In this document: positions 9,226 to 17,763 of the stretch, one piece after another
How the letters are laid out: the number at the start of each line of letters is the position of its first letter
Numbering within the stretch: the first letter of the stretch is position 1
IMG/VR virus record: IMGVR_UViG_3300033076_000670
Location: 1-32,557 of that record
DNA from: a virus
Taxonomy: Duplodnaviria; Caudoviricetes
Direction: 5' to 3' (one strand)
DNA: 32,557 nucleotides
Translations under genes and position numbers: made by a program
Notes under the pieces: model-generated
The model's database searches: none
Told to the model about the DNA's origin: nothing
Seen by the model: only the letters and a program-made list of their open reading frames with translations

Positions 9226-10146
9226 TTACGTTTGTGTCTTGATGCCTTGCCAATTCGGGGTCTGGCTATCATTAACCGTACCCCAGTCAGCAGATTGGCT
9301 GTCTTGGATTGTCGCCCAGCTTGCCGTTTGTGCCGTGTTCAACGCTCCCCATCCAGCGGTTTGCGCGTCATTTACATTGCCCCATCCGGCGTTCTGAGCG
9401 TCGTTGATTACGTTCCACAGGAACGCGCCAATAAACTGATCTGCGGCTGTCGCACCTGCCTGTATGTTAGCAACAAACACCGCATAAGCCAAGACCGAAT
9501 CGACAGCCTGAACAGCGTTTGCAACCGTTGCGTTGAATACCGACGGGGCCACAGTAACCGCGTCATCCGCCACAGCCAACTCGGACAACGCCACTGCAAA
9601 AGCAAGCTGTGCCGCAACCGTCTGGATGGCGGATACACCCTCAGCAATTTCAGAGTTAAACGTGACTGTGTGGGATACAAGGTCTGCGCCCTGCGCCGTT
9701 TCGGAAAGCGCCGCTAGATACGCGGCAAAAGCAGCAAAAGCATCGCTGGCCACGGAAGTCTCAGCCACCGCTACCGCCCAATCAACCAATACAGAAATAC
9801 TGTCGTCGCCGGTGACGGATTCGGATATGGCAGAACCAAAGTCAATCAGCGAGGAAACCACATCATCCCCAGTGATGCTTGCAGTTAAAGACGCCCCAAA
9901 AGACGATGCAGCTACGCTAACAGTGTCTAGACCAGCGGCGGACACGCTAACCGTTGGGTTGTAAATTGAACCTGCTGCGTTAACTGCGTCGGAGCCTACC
10001 GCTGTCTCAGAATTTGTTGGCGTGAAAGACGCTCGCGCAGCGACCAACATGGCAGCCACCGCAGACTCAGCCACGGCGGAGGCATACAGTAACCCTGTGT
10101 TTGATACGTCAAAGGGCGCAGCGGAAAGAGGGATGTACCCAAGCAT
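9226..10146 (-). CDS. Ala/Ser/Asp-rich virion protein with repeats
   Basis: 306 aa; C-terminal 11-aa repeats W..(V/I/L)ND.Q.A.; RBS AAGGGGAG. Confidence 0.65.
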   Translation of the reverse strand: MLGYIPLSAAPFDVSNTGLLYASAVAESAVAAMLVAARASFTPTNSETAVGSDAVNAAGSIYNPTVSVSAAGLDTVSVAASSFGASLTASITGDDVVSSLIDFGSAISESVTGDDSISVLVDWAVAVAETSVASDAFAAFAAYLAALSETAQGADLVSHTVTFNSEIAEGVSAIQTVAAQLAFAVALSELAVADDAVTVAPSVFNATVANAVQAVDSVLAYAVFVANIQAGATAADQFIGAFLWNVINDAQNAGWGNVNDAQTAGWGALNTAQTASWATIQDSQSADWGTVNDSQTPNWQGIKTQT

Positions 10147-10162
10147 GGGCTACTCCCTTGGA

Positions 10163-10741
10163 TTAAGCAGCGTCGAGGCTGAATGTGTAGGTAACGTTCA
10201 ATGTGTCGCCAGCCACAACCACGCGGTCACCGGGTGATTCAAAGTCAGCTTCAGAGAACAGGGTGCCCGATGTGCCACTGTCAACAGTAGCCAAGAACCC
10301 ACCGGCCACAGTGCCGCCACCACCAGAAATGGTGAACTGGGCAACAGAGGCAGAGTTGTCGATCACTGAAGGGTCAGCAGTTGTAGCGGTGCCAAAAGTC
10401 AAAGCCTTACGTGCGCCAGAGTAGTTAGTGAACTCAGTCCAACCAGCATGGGAAGCCAAAGTGTCAGAGCCAGAGTAGGCTGTGCCAGAACCGGGGCCTG
10501 TAATCAAACCCAAGTACCAAGCGGCGGTGTAGGCGCTACCCTTGAAGAACTGAGTGTTCATGTATTGCAAGCCGGTATTCACCACGAGGTTGTGGGTACG
10601 TTCTTCCCACTTTAGGTTGCCATCTTTGTCAAAACACTGGAAGGTGAACACACCACCAGCTTTGATGCGCTCGTCGGAGCCGGGACGGGCCACGAGCCCT
10701 GCGGATACTTGATCGGTTGATTTTGCTTTTTCGATAGACAT
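10163..10741 (-). CDS. Virion structural protein (tail)
   Basis: 192-aa beta-rich protein with HNLVVNTG; AAGGAG RBS. Confidence 0.6.
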   Translation of the reverse strand: MSIEKAKSTDQVSAGLVARPGSDERIKAGGVFTFQCFDKDGNLKWEERTHNLVVNTGLQYMNTQFFKGSAYTAAWYLGLITGPGSGTAYSGSDTLASHAGWTEFTNYSGARKALTFGTATTADPSVIDNSASVAQFTISGGGGTVAGGFLATVDSGTSGTLFSEADFESPGDRVVVAGDTLNVTYTFSLDAA

Positions 10742-10750
10742 GAGTGCTCC

Positions 10751-11185
10751 TTACGAGATGCGGATGATTGCCGCTGTGCTGGTGACAGCAGGGAACTGCA
10801 CCGTGAAAGTTGTGGTTGAAGTTTTGTCTGCACCAAAGTCCAGTACACACACAGAGGGGTCACCAGAACCCACCTGATAAATCAAAGCGCCGCGTGCAGT
10901 CAGCGCCGCGTTCCAAGTCACGTTGGCAAAAGACAAATACACCGTGGCGTTGCCTGTCTGCGTACCGATTGTTGGCGCTTGTGTGATGGTCAACGCCTCG
11001 CCGCCCGCGGTGTAGCCAGAAGCCACGACCTCGCCTGTCATACCCGATGTGTACGCGGTTGTCTCCGGACCGATCGAAGCGGTGCCGTCGAACAAAGCAA
11101 TCTTGAAGCTGCCGGAAGTCAAGTCGTAGTCGCCGTTGAGCAGTCCTAGCTTGAATGTGTTGGTCGCGCCTTGTGCAATGGCCAT
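10751..11185 (-). CDS. Virion structural protein (tail)
   Basis: 144 aa with FKIALF, GYTAGG and CVLDFGADK; start overlaps the upstream stop. Confidence 0.6.
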   Translation of the reverse strand: MAIAQGATNTFKLGLLNGDYDLTSGSFKIALFDGTASIGPETTAYTSGMTGEVVASGYTAGGEALTITQAPTIGTQTGNATVYLSFANVTWNAALTARGALIYQVGSGDPSVCVLDFGADKTSTTTFTVQFPAVTSTAAIIRIS

Positions 11186-11916
11186 TACTTGACCCCGTTA
11201 TTCTGAGGTAGTGGGGGCAGCCGGAACTGCCCACTACGGTATGCGTCGCTGCGCTCCAGACCGTCACCCAAACGTTGAGCCAACATGAGCGCTTCTTTGT
11301 ACTTGGCGTCGTACAACTGAACCATGTCAGTCTCACCCTTCATGAAGGTGTAAGCCTCAACCAACGAACCGTACAACAGCACGGAATCAAAGTTGTCACC
11401 CAACCAAGTACGCCCGTCAGCCGCATCAACAATAGACTCAGGGTAGTAGTAATAGTGCAGCTCAACGCTGTAAGCAGCGTCGGGTGTGGGGCCCAAGATG
11501 AACGAAAGCTCATCTGTGATGATTGGCGTTGCGTCGTTGGTTGTCGTTGGCCCAAACAAGGCGTAATACTTGGGCAGCGCGGTGTCGGTAGGTTGTGGGT
11601 ACGCTTGACGGATGAAGTTCACGTCCTTATTCAACAAGTACTCATACACCCCGGCGGCGTCAATAACCGCCAAAGAATACGCCGACAAAAAATCGCTAGG
11701 GCACGAAAGATACTTGTTGTTGGCTGTAGTGGTACCTGTGACGTTCTTGCGCAACGATGGAAACTGCACCGTGTTAAAGATGCGCTGCTCCGCCTGCTGG
11801 ATGAAAGTGTTGATCTGTGTCGTTGAAGACACAGCACTGCCATCGGCAAGGTAAGTCTCCGGAAATTGGTTTTCCGTGTAAGACTGAATCGCTGCGAAGA
11901 GTTCGTCGTAGGTCAT
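11185..11916 (-). CDS. Head-tail adaptor / tail tubular-like protein
   Basis: MTYDELFAAIQSY...FIQQAEQRI...GPTPD...LLYGSLVEAY pattern typical of podovirus adaptors; position in the module fits. Confidence 0.6.
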   Translation of the reverse strand: MTYDELFAAIQSYTENQFPETYLADGSAVSSTTQINTFIQQAEQRIFNTVQFPSLRKNVTGTTTANNKYLSCPSDFLSAYSLAVIDAAGVYEYLLNKDVNFIRQAYPQPTDTALPKYYALFGPTTTNDATPIITDELSFILGPTPDAAYSVELHYYYYPESIVDAADGRTWLGDNFDSVLLYGSLVEAYTFMKGETDMVQLYDAKYKEALMLAQRLGDGLERSDAYRSGQFRLPPLPQNNGVK

Positions 11917-11917
11917 G

Positions 11918-12118
11918 TTATGCCATTGGGCCGCGAGCCATCAAACCTTTTGTAGCCGCACCGGTACCACGGATTTTAATGCCGTCAGTCTTGGTGCCTT
12001 TGTAGTCGTTGCTGTGCGCATTCGCAGCGGACTGGTTCAGTTCGCGCAAATACTTTTTGTTGTCAGCCACACCCGCCGCTTGGATGGGTGCGCTCTTGGG
12101 TTGTTTGTACTCAGCCAT
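11918..12118 (-). CDS. Small basic protein
   Basis: 66 aa with IRGTGAATKG; GGAGG RBS. Confidence 0.65.
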   Translation of the reverse strand: MAEYKQPKSAPIQAAGVADNKKYLRELNQSAANAHSNDYKGTKTDGIKIRGTGAATKGLMARGPMA

Positions 12119-12119
12119 A

Positions 12120-12311
12120 TTAGCCTCCGCGACCAGAAGAACGCTGGTTCATCACCTTGGCCATGTTGCGGCCATATTTCAACATGTCGCTGTTTGTCTT
12201 GCCACCAGCTTTCAGCTTGGTCAAGGGCATGCCTTTGTGCTTGGCCTTCTCATGCTTGTGCACGGCAGAAGCGATCATTTTCTTGTCTTGTTTCAGGTCT
12301 TTCTTGTCCAT
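12120..12311 (-). CDS. Small Lys-rich protein
   Basis: 63 aa with AVHKHE and LKAGG; AAGGAG RBS. Confidence 0.65.
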   Translation of the reverse strand: MDKKDLKQDKKMIASAVHKHEKAKHKGMPLTKLKAGGKTNSDMLKYGRNMAKVMNQRSSGRGG

Positions 12312-12320
12312 GTGGACTCC

Positions 12321-12749
12321 TTACGTTGTGGCTATCGTTACTGTACCAATTTCAACGAACAAAGCCAAGTAATTTGGCGTGAGTCCATTGTCGTCTAAGC
12401 TCGAGCCACCAACAGGGTTCCACCCCCATTGAATGTCACGGCTACCCTCAGACTGGAAACCTTGTTCGTTAATCGAAGTGCTGTTGCCGTTGAGAATCTG
12501 TAAGCCTGTTGTGCCAGACGTAATGTAGCTGCGATCTGGGCGAGGATTGCGCACACCTTGTGGGTCATCCACAGGGTACATACCCAACTGCAACTGCGGC
12601 TGATCTGGGTCCCAGCAAGCATTGCACACCAAGAGCTCGTAGTTCTTGGTTTTGACGACTTCACGTCGTAACTCGCTGAGCTTATAGCGTCCGTCACAGC
12701 GATCGCACTGCGCGATGCTGTATTTGCCGGATGCGAACCGATTTCCCAT
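12321..12749 (-). CDS. Zn-finger hypothetical protein
   Basis: CDRC...CNAC followed by WDPDQPQL. Confidence 0.7.
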   Translation of the reverse strand: MGNRFASGKYSIAQCDRCDGRYKLSELRREVVKTKNYELLVCNACWDPDQPQLQLGMYPVDDPQGVRNPRPDRSYITSGTTGLQILNGNSTSINEQGFQSEGSRDIQWGWNPVGGSSLDDNGLTPNYLALFVEIGTVTIATT

Positions 12750-13679
12750 TTAGAAACCACCGCCAATAAACTGCTGGCGCGGCACAAAACGAACTGCGGC
12801 CTTCTCTTGGTCTTCGCCTGCGGCAATCTCCCAAGCCTCGTCGTACTGCTGTTTAAGCACGCCCAAACGCTCGAGCCCACCGGGGACTTTGAGCGCCAAG
12901 TAGTACGACAGTCCTGCTGTCATGCAAGGCACAAAGCGGAAAGGTACGTCCATCACGTTCACACCACCGCCGGCATCTTGCACGCGGCGCATGCGCCAGT
13001 AAACGAACTGGTATGTCTGAGCACCATCAGGTGTTGGCCACACGGTTACCGCAGGAAGACGCGCCCAGTAGACGGACGCAGCGGTCAGGTGCGAAGCAGC
13101 GGTTGAATTGTTCTGGCCGCGGAAGCAGTTGTACAACGTGTTGCCTGTGATGTAGCCGTACTGGATGTATTCGTTGTCAATTTTAATGAAGCCTGTTGAC
13201 GGCAGGCCCGTGGCGTCAGCCAAGGTAATTTCTGTGTCTGTCGAAGTGATCGCACCATCCAACGTAGATGTCAGCGATTGCTGGCCGTCCATGCGCTGCA
13301 CCCATACTTGAATCGGACGGGCCTGTTGCAACTTGTTTGGCAGCGTTGCGTAGGTCGACACGCTGATGCGTGTGATCGTCAAGTCTGCTTGGTTTGATTG
13401 CTGGTTGGCTTGCGTGCGGATCACGTGCTCCAATAGGTCAACGGTGTCGTTAGGCAGCGCATAGGTGTTCTGGCCTTGCACCAAGTCAATGGTGCCCTGC
13501 TCAAACGTCCACATATTCACGCCACGGTTCGCCCAATCAGCGAACAGAAGGTTCAAAGACCGACGTGCGGTCTTCAAGTCGTAACCGGTGCGCATCTCCG
13601 AGCCCACGCGCTCGAACGCCTCCTCGACCAACTCGGTCAAGTCGAGGTTAAAACCAGTGGAGCCGGAGGTGTTTGCCAT
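12750..13679 (-). CDS. Head-completion/adaptor-like protein with inserted beta domain
   Basis: LVEEAFER..G...ARRSLNLLFADW helical N-terminus, WPTPD and LSYYLA; internal TLDGAITSTDT..RGQNNSTAASH insert. Confidence 0.6.
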   Translation of the reverse strand: MANTSGSTGFNLDLTELVEEAFERVGSEMRTGYDLKTARRSLNLLFADWANRGVNMWTFEQGTIDLVQGQNTYALPNDTVDLLEHVIRTQANQQSNQADLTITRISVSTYATLPNKLQQARPIQVWVQRMDGQQSLTSTLDGAITSTDTEITLADATGLPSTGFIKIDNEYIQYGYITGNTLYNCFRGQNNSTAASHLTAASVYWARLPAVTVWPTPDGAQTYQFVYWRMRRVQDAGGGVNVMDVPFRFVPCMTAGLSYYLALKVPGGLERLGVLKQQYDEAWEIAAGEDQEKAAVRFVPRQQFIGGGF

Positions 13680-13853
13680 TTATTTCATCTTCTTCAAAGT
13701 CTGCGCCAGACGTGCGCGTTGGCCCAGCTTACCGGGCTTTTTGGCCGCGGCAGCCAGCTTGCCTGCGGGGATTTTCTTCCCTTCGGGCACACCCATCTGC
13801 TTATGCAGCGCGCCGGGCTTCTTAATCGCTTTTTGAATCCACTTCTCAGCCAT
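13680..13853 (-). CDS. Small Lys-rich protein (57 aa)
   Basis: Below the ORF-track cutoff; MAEKWIQKAIKKPGALHKQMGVPEGKKIPAGKLAAAAKKPGKLGQRARLAQTLKKMK; AAGGAG RBS; fills the gap exactly. Confidence 0.75.
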   Translation of the reverse strand: MAEKWIQKAIKKPGALHKQMGVPEGKKIPAGKLAAAAKKPGKLGQRARLAQTLKKMK

Positions 13854-14113
13854 TATTTGCTCCTTGCTGCGCGCATGTTGTCCACCAAGTTGGGGTACGG
13901 ACGGCCTGCCGATTTGGCCATGGCCTTTGCGCTTGCCTTTTTGGCGGGGCTAAGTTTCTTTGAGGGGCCCAGACCTTTTGGTCGAGCCTTGTCCCAAACC
14001 TCTCCGCCCTTGGCGTACATGGTGACCTTGTTCGGATCATCCTTGCGGGTGATCGTCTTAGCCTTGGGCATTTTGCTGGGGGCGATGGCCCCCATACCAC
14101 GGCTGGCCATCAT
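13853..14113 (-). CDS. Small basic protein
   Basis: MMASRGMGAI...MYAKGG...GRPYPNLVDNM; start 14113 follows the upstream stop at 14116-14118. Confidence 0.7.
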   Translation of the reverse strand: MMASRGMGAIAPSKMPKAKTITRKDDPNKVTMYAKGGEVWDKARPKGLGPSKKLSPAKKASAKAMAKSAGRPYPNLVDNMRAARSK

Positions 14114-14115
14114 GA

Positions 14116-14292
14116 TTACTTCTTGCCTTTGGCCATGCCGCCGCCGCACATACCCAGAGGCTTGCCGCCCTTCATGACAACTTGTTTGCCCTTGGTTTTA
14201 CCCTTGGCAGCAATACCGTCGCGGCTGGGAGCTGCGGTGCGAACTGAACCCATTTTGGCTTTGGTGATGCCGTTTCCAGATGATTTAGCCAT
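14116..14292 (-). CDS. Small Lys/Gly-rich protein (58 aa)
   Basis: Below the ORF-track cutoff; MAKSSGNGITKAKMGSVRTAAPSRDGIAAKGKTKGKQVVMKGGKPLGMCGGGMAKGKK; AAGGAGG RBS. Confidence 0.75.
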   Translation of the reverse strand: MAKSSGNGITKAKMGSVRTAAPSRDGIAAKGKTKGKQVVMKGGKPLGMCGGGMAKGKK

Positions 14293-14309
14293 GGTGGCCT
14301 CCTTAAAAA

Positions 14310-14513
14310 TTACTCGTCGGTTGGGGGTTTTTTACGTCCCAGCAACCCTTGGATGGTGTCTGTTTCGTAAATGCGGATGCTCACCCAGACAATACTGAGC
14401 AAAGCAGAAATCGTTGGTAGCATTTCAATCAAGCTTCCTAGCGTGGCGATTAATGACACACCGTCCAGCAAATACTTGGTCGATTCGTCGAGCTGTGTGA
14501 AAGGGTCTTTCAT
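14310..14513 (-). CDS. Small membrane protein (holin-like)
   Basis: 67 aa with hydrophobic LPTISALLSIVWVSIRIY and a charged C-terminus. Confidence 0.5.
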   Translation of the reverse strand: MKDPFTQLDESTKYLLDGVSLIATLGSLIEMLPTISALLSIVWVSIRIYETDTIQGLLGRKKPPTDE

Positions 14514-14514
14514 G

Positions 14515-14760
14515 TCAGCAGTTCCATGCTCTCAAGGATTTATTGATGCGGCTGTTCGGGTCTTTGGCAGTCTTGGCTGAAGTCAACTTGGACTTCATAC
14601 CTTTCATGCGTGCGCAAAAAGAGTCGCGGCGTGAGCCGCCCTCTGGTTGAGGGGGCTTCAGGTTCATGCCCTGCTTTTTGGCAGAGGCACGGCCTTTGGC
14701 GTTCAAACCCCCGTTGGGGTTCTTGCCCTCTTTGCGTTGCCATGCGGGCGACTTAGCCAT
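14515..14760 (-). CDS. Small basic protein (DUF6321-like)
   Basis: AWQRKEGKNPNGGLNAKGRAS, RRDSFCARM and SLRAWNC, a recurrent phage protein pattern. Confidence 0.7.
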   Translation of the reverse strand: MAKSPAWQRKEGKNPNGGLNAKGRASAKKQGMNLKPPQPEGGSRRDSFCARMKGMKSKLTSAKTAKDPNSRINKSLRAWNC

Positions 14761-15034
14761 AGAACACAGTCACGGAAGAAACGTTGGTCACGTCCACGTA
14801 CACGTCTGTCGTGAAACGAACGCCCTCCGCAGGAATCAACGCATTGAAAATCTCTGCCACCGCAGGGGTGTTCACAGTGATCTTGGCGGTCCCGGAATAG
14901 CCGCCATCTTTCAATACGACTGAACCTGCAGAAGAGGTGGTCGTAATCATGATGCCACGAATACGTGTGGGTTGTGCTACCAGAGTGCCGTCAGCCGTAG
15001 CTGTGGCACTGGAGACGTCGGTTTGCATGGTCAT
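14753..15034 (-). CDS. Small beta-rich virion protein
   Basis: 93 aa ending IPAEGVRF...VTVFYG; AGGGGG RBS. Confidence 0.65.
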   Translation of the reverse strand: MTMQTDVSSATATADGTLVAQPTRIRGIMITTTSSAGSVVLKDGGYSGTAKITVNTPAVAEIFNALIPAEGVRFTTDVYVDVTNVSSVTVFYG

Positions 15035-15046
15035 AACGACCCCCTA

Positions 15047-15580
15047 TTAAGCGTCAGCGAACGGTGTGGCAACAGTGCCAGAACCCAACACAACGCCAGA
15101 AACCATGTATTTGGCAGCCGCCAAGACAGTCACAGTAATCATCGAGCCTGCGATACCGCCGGTGGTAGTACCGTTCAAGGTGATGACGTCGTTGCTTGAA
15201 GCAGGGGCGTAGCCAGTAGCAGCGCCAGAGCTGTCGGTGTCAACCATCAACAAAGAACCCACAAACTTGTCGGTGCCGTTTGTCACGATGGACAAGGCCG
15301 AAGCGGTGGTCTCAACGAAGAAGGTGTAGCTGGTACCGACGTTGTTCACAGTCGAAGGAGGGGTGCCGGGGCCGTTGTTAGGCGAGTTGGCAGTCGTGTT
15401 GATTGCGGGCAAAGTGATGACCAATGTTGCGTCATTGGTGCGGATGATGCGGCCAGCATAAGTAGCCACGTCCAAAGTCACAGTGTTGGTGCCGTTGGCC
15501 AAGTTGATAACGGTGTCTGGGCCTTGGTTGTAGAAACCACCCAAAGAGCGTACTGGGCCGGAGAATGTAGTGCGTGCCAT
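15047..15580 (-). CDS. Putative head decoration / minor structural protein
   Basis: MARTTFSGPVRS...; Thr-rich; directly downstream of the capsid gene. Confidence 0.6.
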   Translation of the reverse strand: MARTTFSGPVRSLGGFYNQGPDTVINLANGTNTVTLDVATYAGRIIRTNDATLVITLPAINTTANSPNNGPGTPPSTVNNVGTSYTFFVETTASALSIVTNGTDKFVGSLLMVDTDSSGAATGYAPASSNDVITLNGTTTGGIAGSMITVTVLAAAKYMVSGVVLGSGTVATPFADA

Positions 15581-15592
15581 GTCTTTTTCCTT

Positions 15593-15663
15593 ACATGCAA
15601 GTTGGGCGTATCTGTCTGCATGTCGTCAAGCCGGGACTTGTCAGATACACCGGAGAACCCCGG
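15593..15663 (-). promoter_or_regulatory. Putative double-pseudoknot 5'-UTR RNA
   Basis: Three interleaved stems (CCGGGG/TCCCGG, GGTGTATCTG/CAGATACGCC, ACATGCA/TGCATGT) ending at the AAGGA RBS of 15580. Confidence 0.5.
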
Positions 15664-15693
15664 GGATGTGGTGAATATACACCTGTTTTATAT

Positions 15694-15723
15694 AAAAGAA
15701 AAGAGGCCGAAGCCTCTTTTCTT
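15694..15723 (-). terminator. Intrinsic terminator after the major capsid gene
   Basis: Minus strand AAGAAAAGAGGC-TTCG-GCCTCTTTTCTTTT: cUUCGg hairpin with a U-rich tail. Confidence 0.85.
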
Positions 15724-15733
15724 ATGTCGCTGA

Positions 15734-16663
15734 TTAGGCGCCAGCAGAACCCCACATACCGAGGGGATCAGACCAGCCGAAGCTGTAACGCTCGCGGGCC
15801 TTGTAACGCACGTTGCCGGTGTCAAAGTCACCGTCCATGCTGTTAGACAAAGGCATACGCTCGAAGTGCTTCAAGCCGTTAGGCACGTCAGTTGTCAAGA
15901 ACCAAGCGTTGCTGTCTGTCAAGAAGTGGTTGACAGTGTAGCCACCGGGGATTGCACCCATTTGCTTGATCGCGTTGATGTCGTTGTCAGCAGTTGCGAC
16001 ACGCAATTCGGTGTCGAGCAAGCGCTTGGCAGTGAACATCAATGCTGGTGGGATCACCAACTTGACAGGCTTAGCAGCGATCAACAGACCACGTTCGTCA
16101 GTCCAAGCAGCGATCTGAATCACAGCGTTTTCCAACGAAGTTTCGTTCAAGTCAACTGCAACAGTTGGGCTGTTGTAGTTAACGCCGCCGTTCACCAAGG
16201 GGTGACCAACGCGGCTGCCGCCAGAGTTCACACCGAACAAGGACACACCGTCGCCGCCCAAGTAGCTACCGCTGAAACCGTTGTTGATAACGGCAGCAGC
16301 TTTCACTTGCTTGGTATAGGCCATGGCGCGAGCCAAAGACTTGGTGTAACGAGCAGACAGGCTGTCGTACAAGTTGTCTTCAATCGCTTCTTCAGTGATC
16401 GAGAAACCCAAGGCGATGGTTTCGTGGTTGTAGCGCGCTGTGAACGCTTCTTGCGCATTGTCATAAGCAATGGCAGAACCTTCGTTCTTAACAGGAGCTG
16501 CACCGAAGCCGGCCAACTTGGTTTCTTCTTCGAAGCTACGCTCAGATTTCTCTGTTTCGTAGATTTCTTTGTGCTCTTCGCCGTAGCGTGCGTATTCCAT
16601 GCCGAACAAAGCGTTCAAGCCGGGCAGCAGTTCTTTGAGCAGTTGTGCGCGTGAAATTGCCAT
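15734..16663 (-). CDS. Major capsid protein (HK97 fold, Mu gpT-like)
   Basis: 309 aa with LLPGLNALFG, GDGVSLF and KARERYSFGWSDP; strong RBS, downstream terminator, and position after the scaffold. Confidence 0.88.
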   Translation of the reverse strand: MAISRAQLLKELLPGLNALFGMEYARYGEEHKEIYETEKSERSFEEETKLAGFGAAPVKNEGSAIAYDNAQEAFTARYNHETIALGFSITEEAIEDNLYDSLSARYTKSLARAMAYTKQVKAAAVINNGFSGSYLGGDGVSLFGVNSGGSRVGHPLVNGGVNYNSPTVAVDLNETSLENAVIQIAAWTDERGLLIAAKPVKLVIPPALMFTAKRLLDTELRVATADNDINAIKQMGAIPGGYTVNHFLTDSNAWFLTTDVPNGLKHFERMPLSNSMDGDFDTGNVRYKARERYSFGWSDPLGMWGSAGA

Positions 16664-16676
16664 TTGTATTTACTCC

Positions 16677-17297
16677 TTACAGGCCAACAACGTTGGTATA
16701 TGAATGCCAACCGGGGTTCCACTTGACGAAAGTGTCAGTGTAAGCATCGCCGACCACAGAGAAGCCCACCATGTTGGGGAAGCCGATCACGCGGAAAGGA
16801 GCAGTGGTTGTCTTGGTGGTTGCGCTGATTGCCACGTTGCTGTTACCAGTAGTGGTAGAGCCAGTGCTTGTGGACTGGGCGTTAGCCAAGGTCACGTTTG
16901 CACCCAAAGCAGCGATAGTCAAAGAACCATCAGCTTGCACTTGGAACACGGTGTTTGGATCGTCAACGACGAAAGCCACAGCGTTCAATGCGCTAGCAGG
17001 GTAGTACTGTGAGAACACAGTTTGACCTTGAGCGTTCACGTATGAACAGCCCACGAACACGCCAACAGCGCCAGTCAGGGTAGTACCTGCGGGGAACGCA
17101 TTGGTTGTGCCATCGGAGCCGTCAGCGGTGACGAGCTGCAAGTAGCCGGTAGTGGCAACATAAACCAACGAACCGTTGAAAATGTTGGTGCCATAACCTG
17201 CTGGGTCAAGGGCGAAAGATCGAGTGCTACCAGCGTATGGTAGGCCCCCAATCTCGTTTACGGGTTTGAAGCCGTAGGGAGAAGCGGTAGATGCCAT
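16677..17297 (-). CDS. Capsid-associated (cement/decoration) protein
   Basis: 206-aa beta-rich protein with PYGFKP, GVFVGC and VVDDPN; directly upstream of the capsid gene. Confidence 0.6.
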   Translation of the reverse strand: MASTASPYGFKPVNEIGGLPYAGSTRSFALDPAGYGTNIFNGSLVYVATTGYLQLVTADGSDGTTNAFPAGTTLTGAVGVFVGCSYVNAQGQTVFSQYYPASALNAVAFVVDDPNTVFQVQADGSLTIAALGANVTLANAQSTSTGSTTTGNSNVAISATTKTTTAPFRVIGFPNMVGFSVVGDAYTDTFVKWNPGWHSYTNVVGL

Positions 17298-17312
17298 TTA
17301 AGGACTCCTAGT

Positions 17313-17762
17313 TTACTTAGAACCTGAACCAAATCCGCCACGGCTGGTTGATGACTTGCGGTCACTAAACAGCGGCATGCGCGGGTCATTGTTTCGCATG
17401 AAGTGGTTGTCCACTGAATCCATCTGGTTCTGCGCTTGCGCGTTGTAATACTCGTCACGGGCATCCGCTTGTTCTTTAGACATCTTGCAAAGCATGAGTC
17501 CGCCGATTTCTACGTTGCCTGTGGCTGCATTTCCGAACAATTGCAGTTCTGGATGGTCCACTGCCTTTACCGGTTCCCAGCCTTCGCGCATCTTACGAGA
17601 CACGTTGGTTGGGTCAGCCTGTCCTAGAACATGCGTCGCTATCCAGCGAAACACGACTCCGGGCTCAGGAGTTGGGTCGGGCAATGATGTTGGCGGTACG
17701 TATACCGCACGAGCAGATTTTTCGCGTGAAACTAAGTCACGGGGGGTACGGTTTTGAGTCAT
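17313..17762 (-). CDS. Conserved head-region hypothetical protein
   Basis: 149 aa with FRWI, REGWEPV and GGLMLC. Confidence 0.7.
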   Translation of the reverse strand: MTQNRTPRDLVSREKSARAVYVPPTSLPDPTPEPGVVFRWIATHVLGQADPTNVSRKMREGWEPVKAVDHPELQLFGNAATGNVEIGGLMLCKMSKEQADARDEYYNAQAQNQMDSVDNHFMRNNDPRMPLFSDRKSSTSRGGFGSGSK

Positions 17763-17763
17763 T

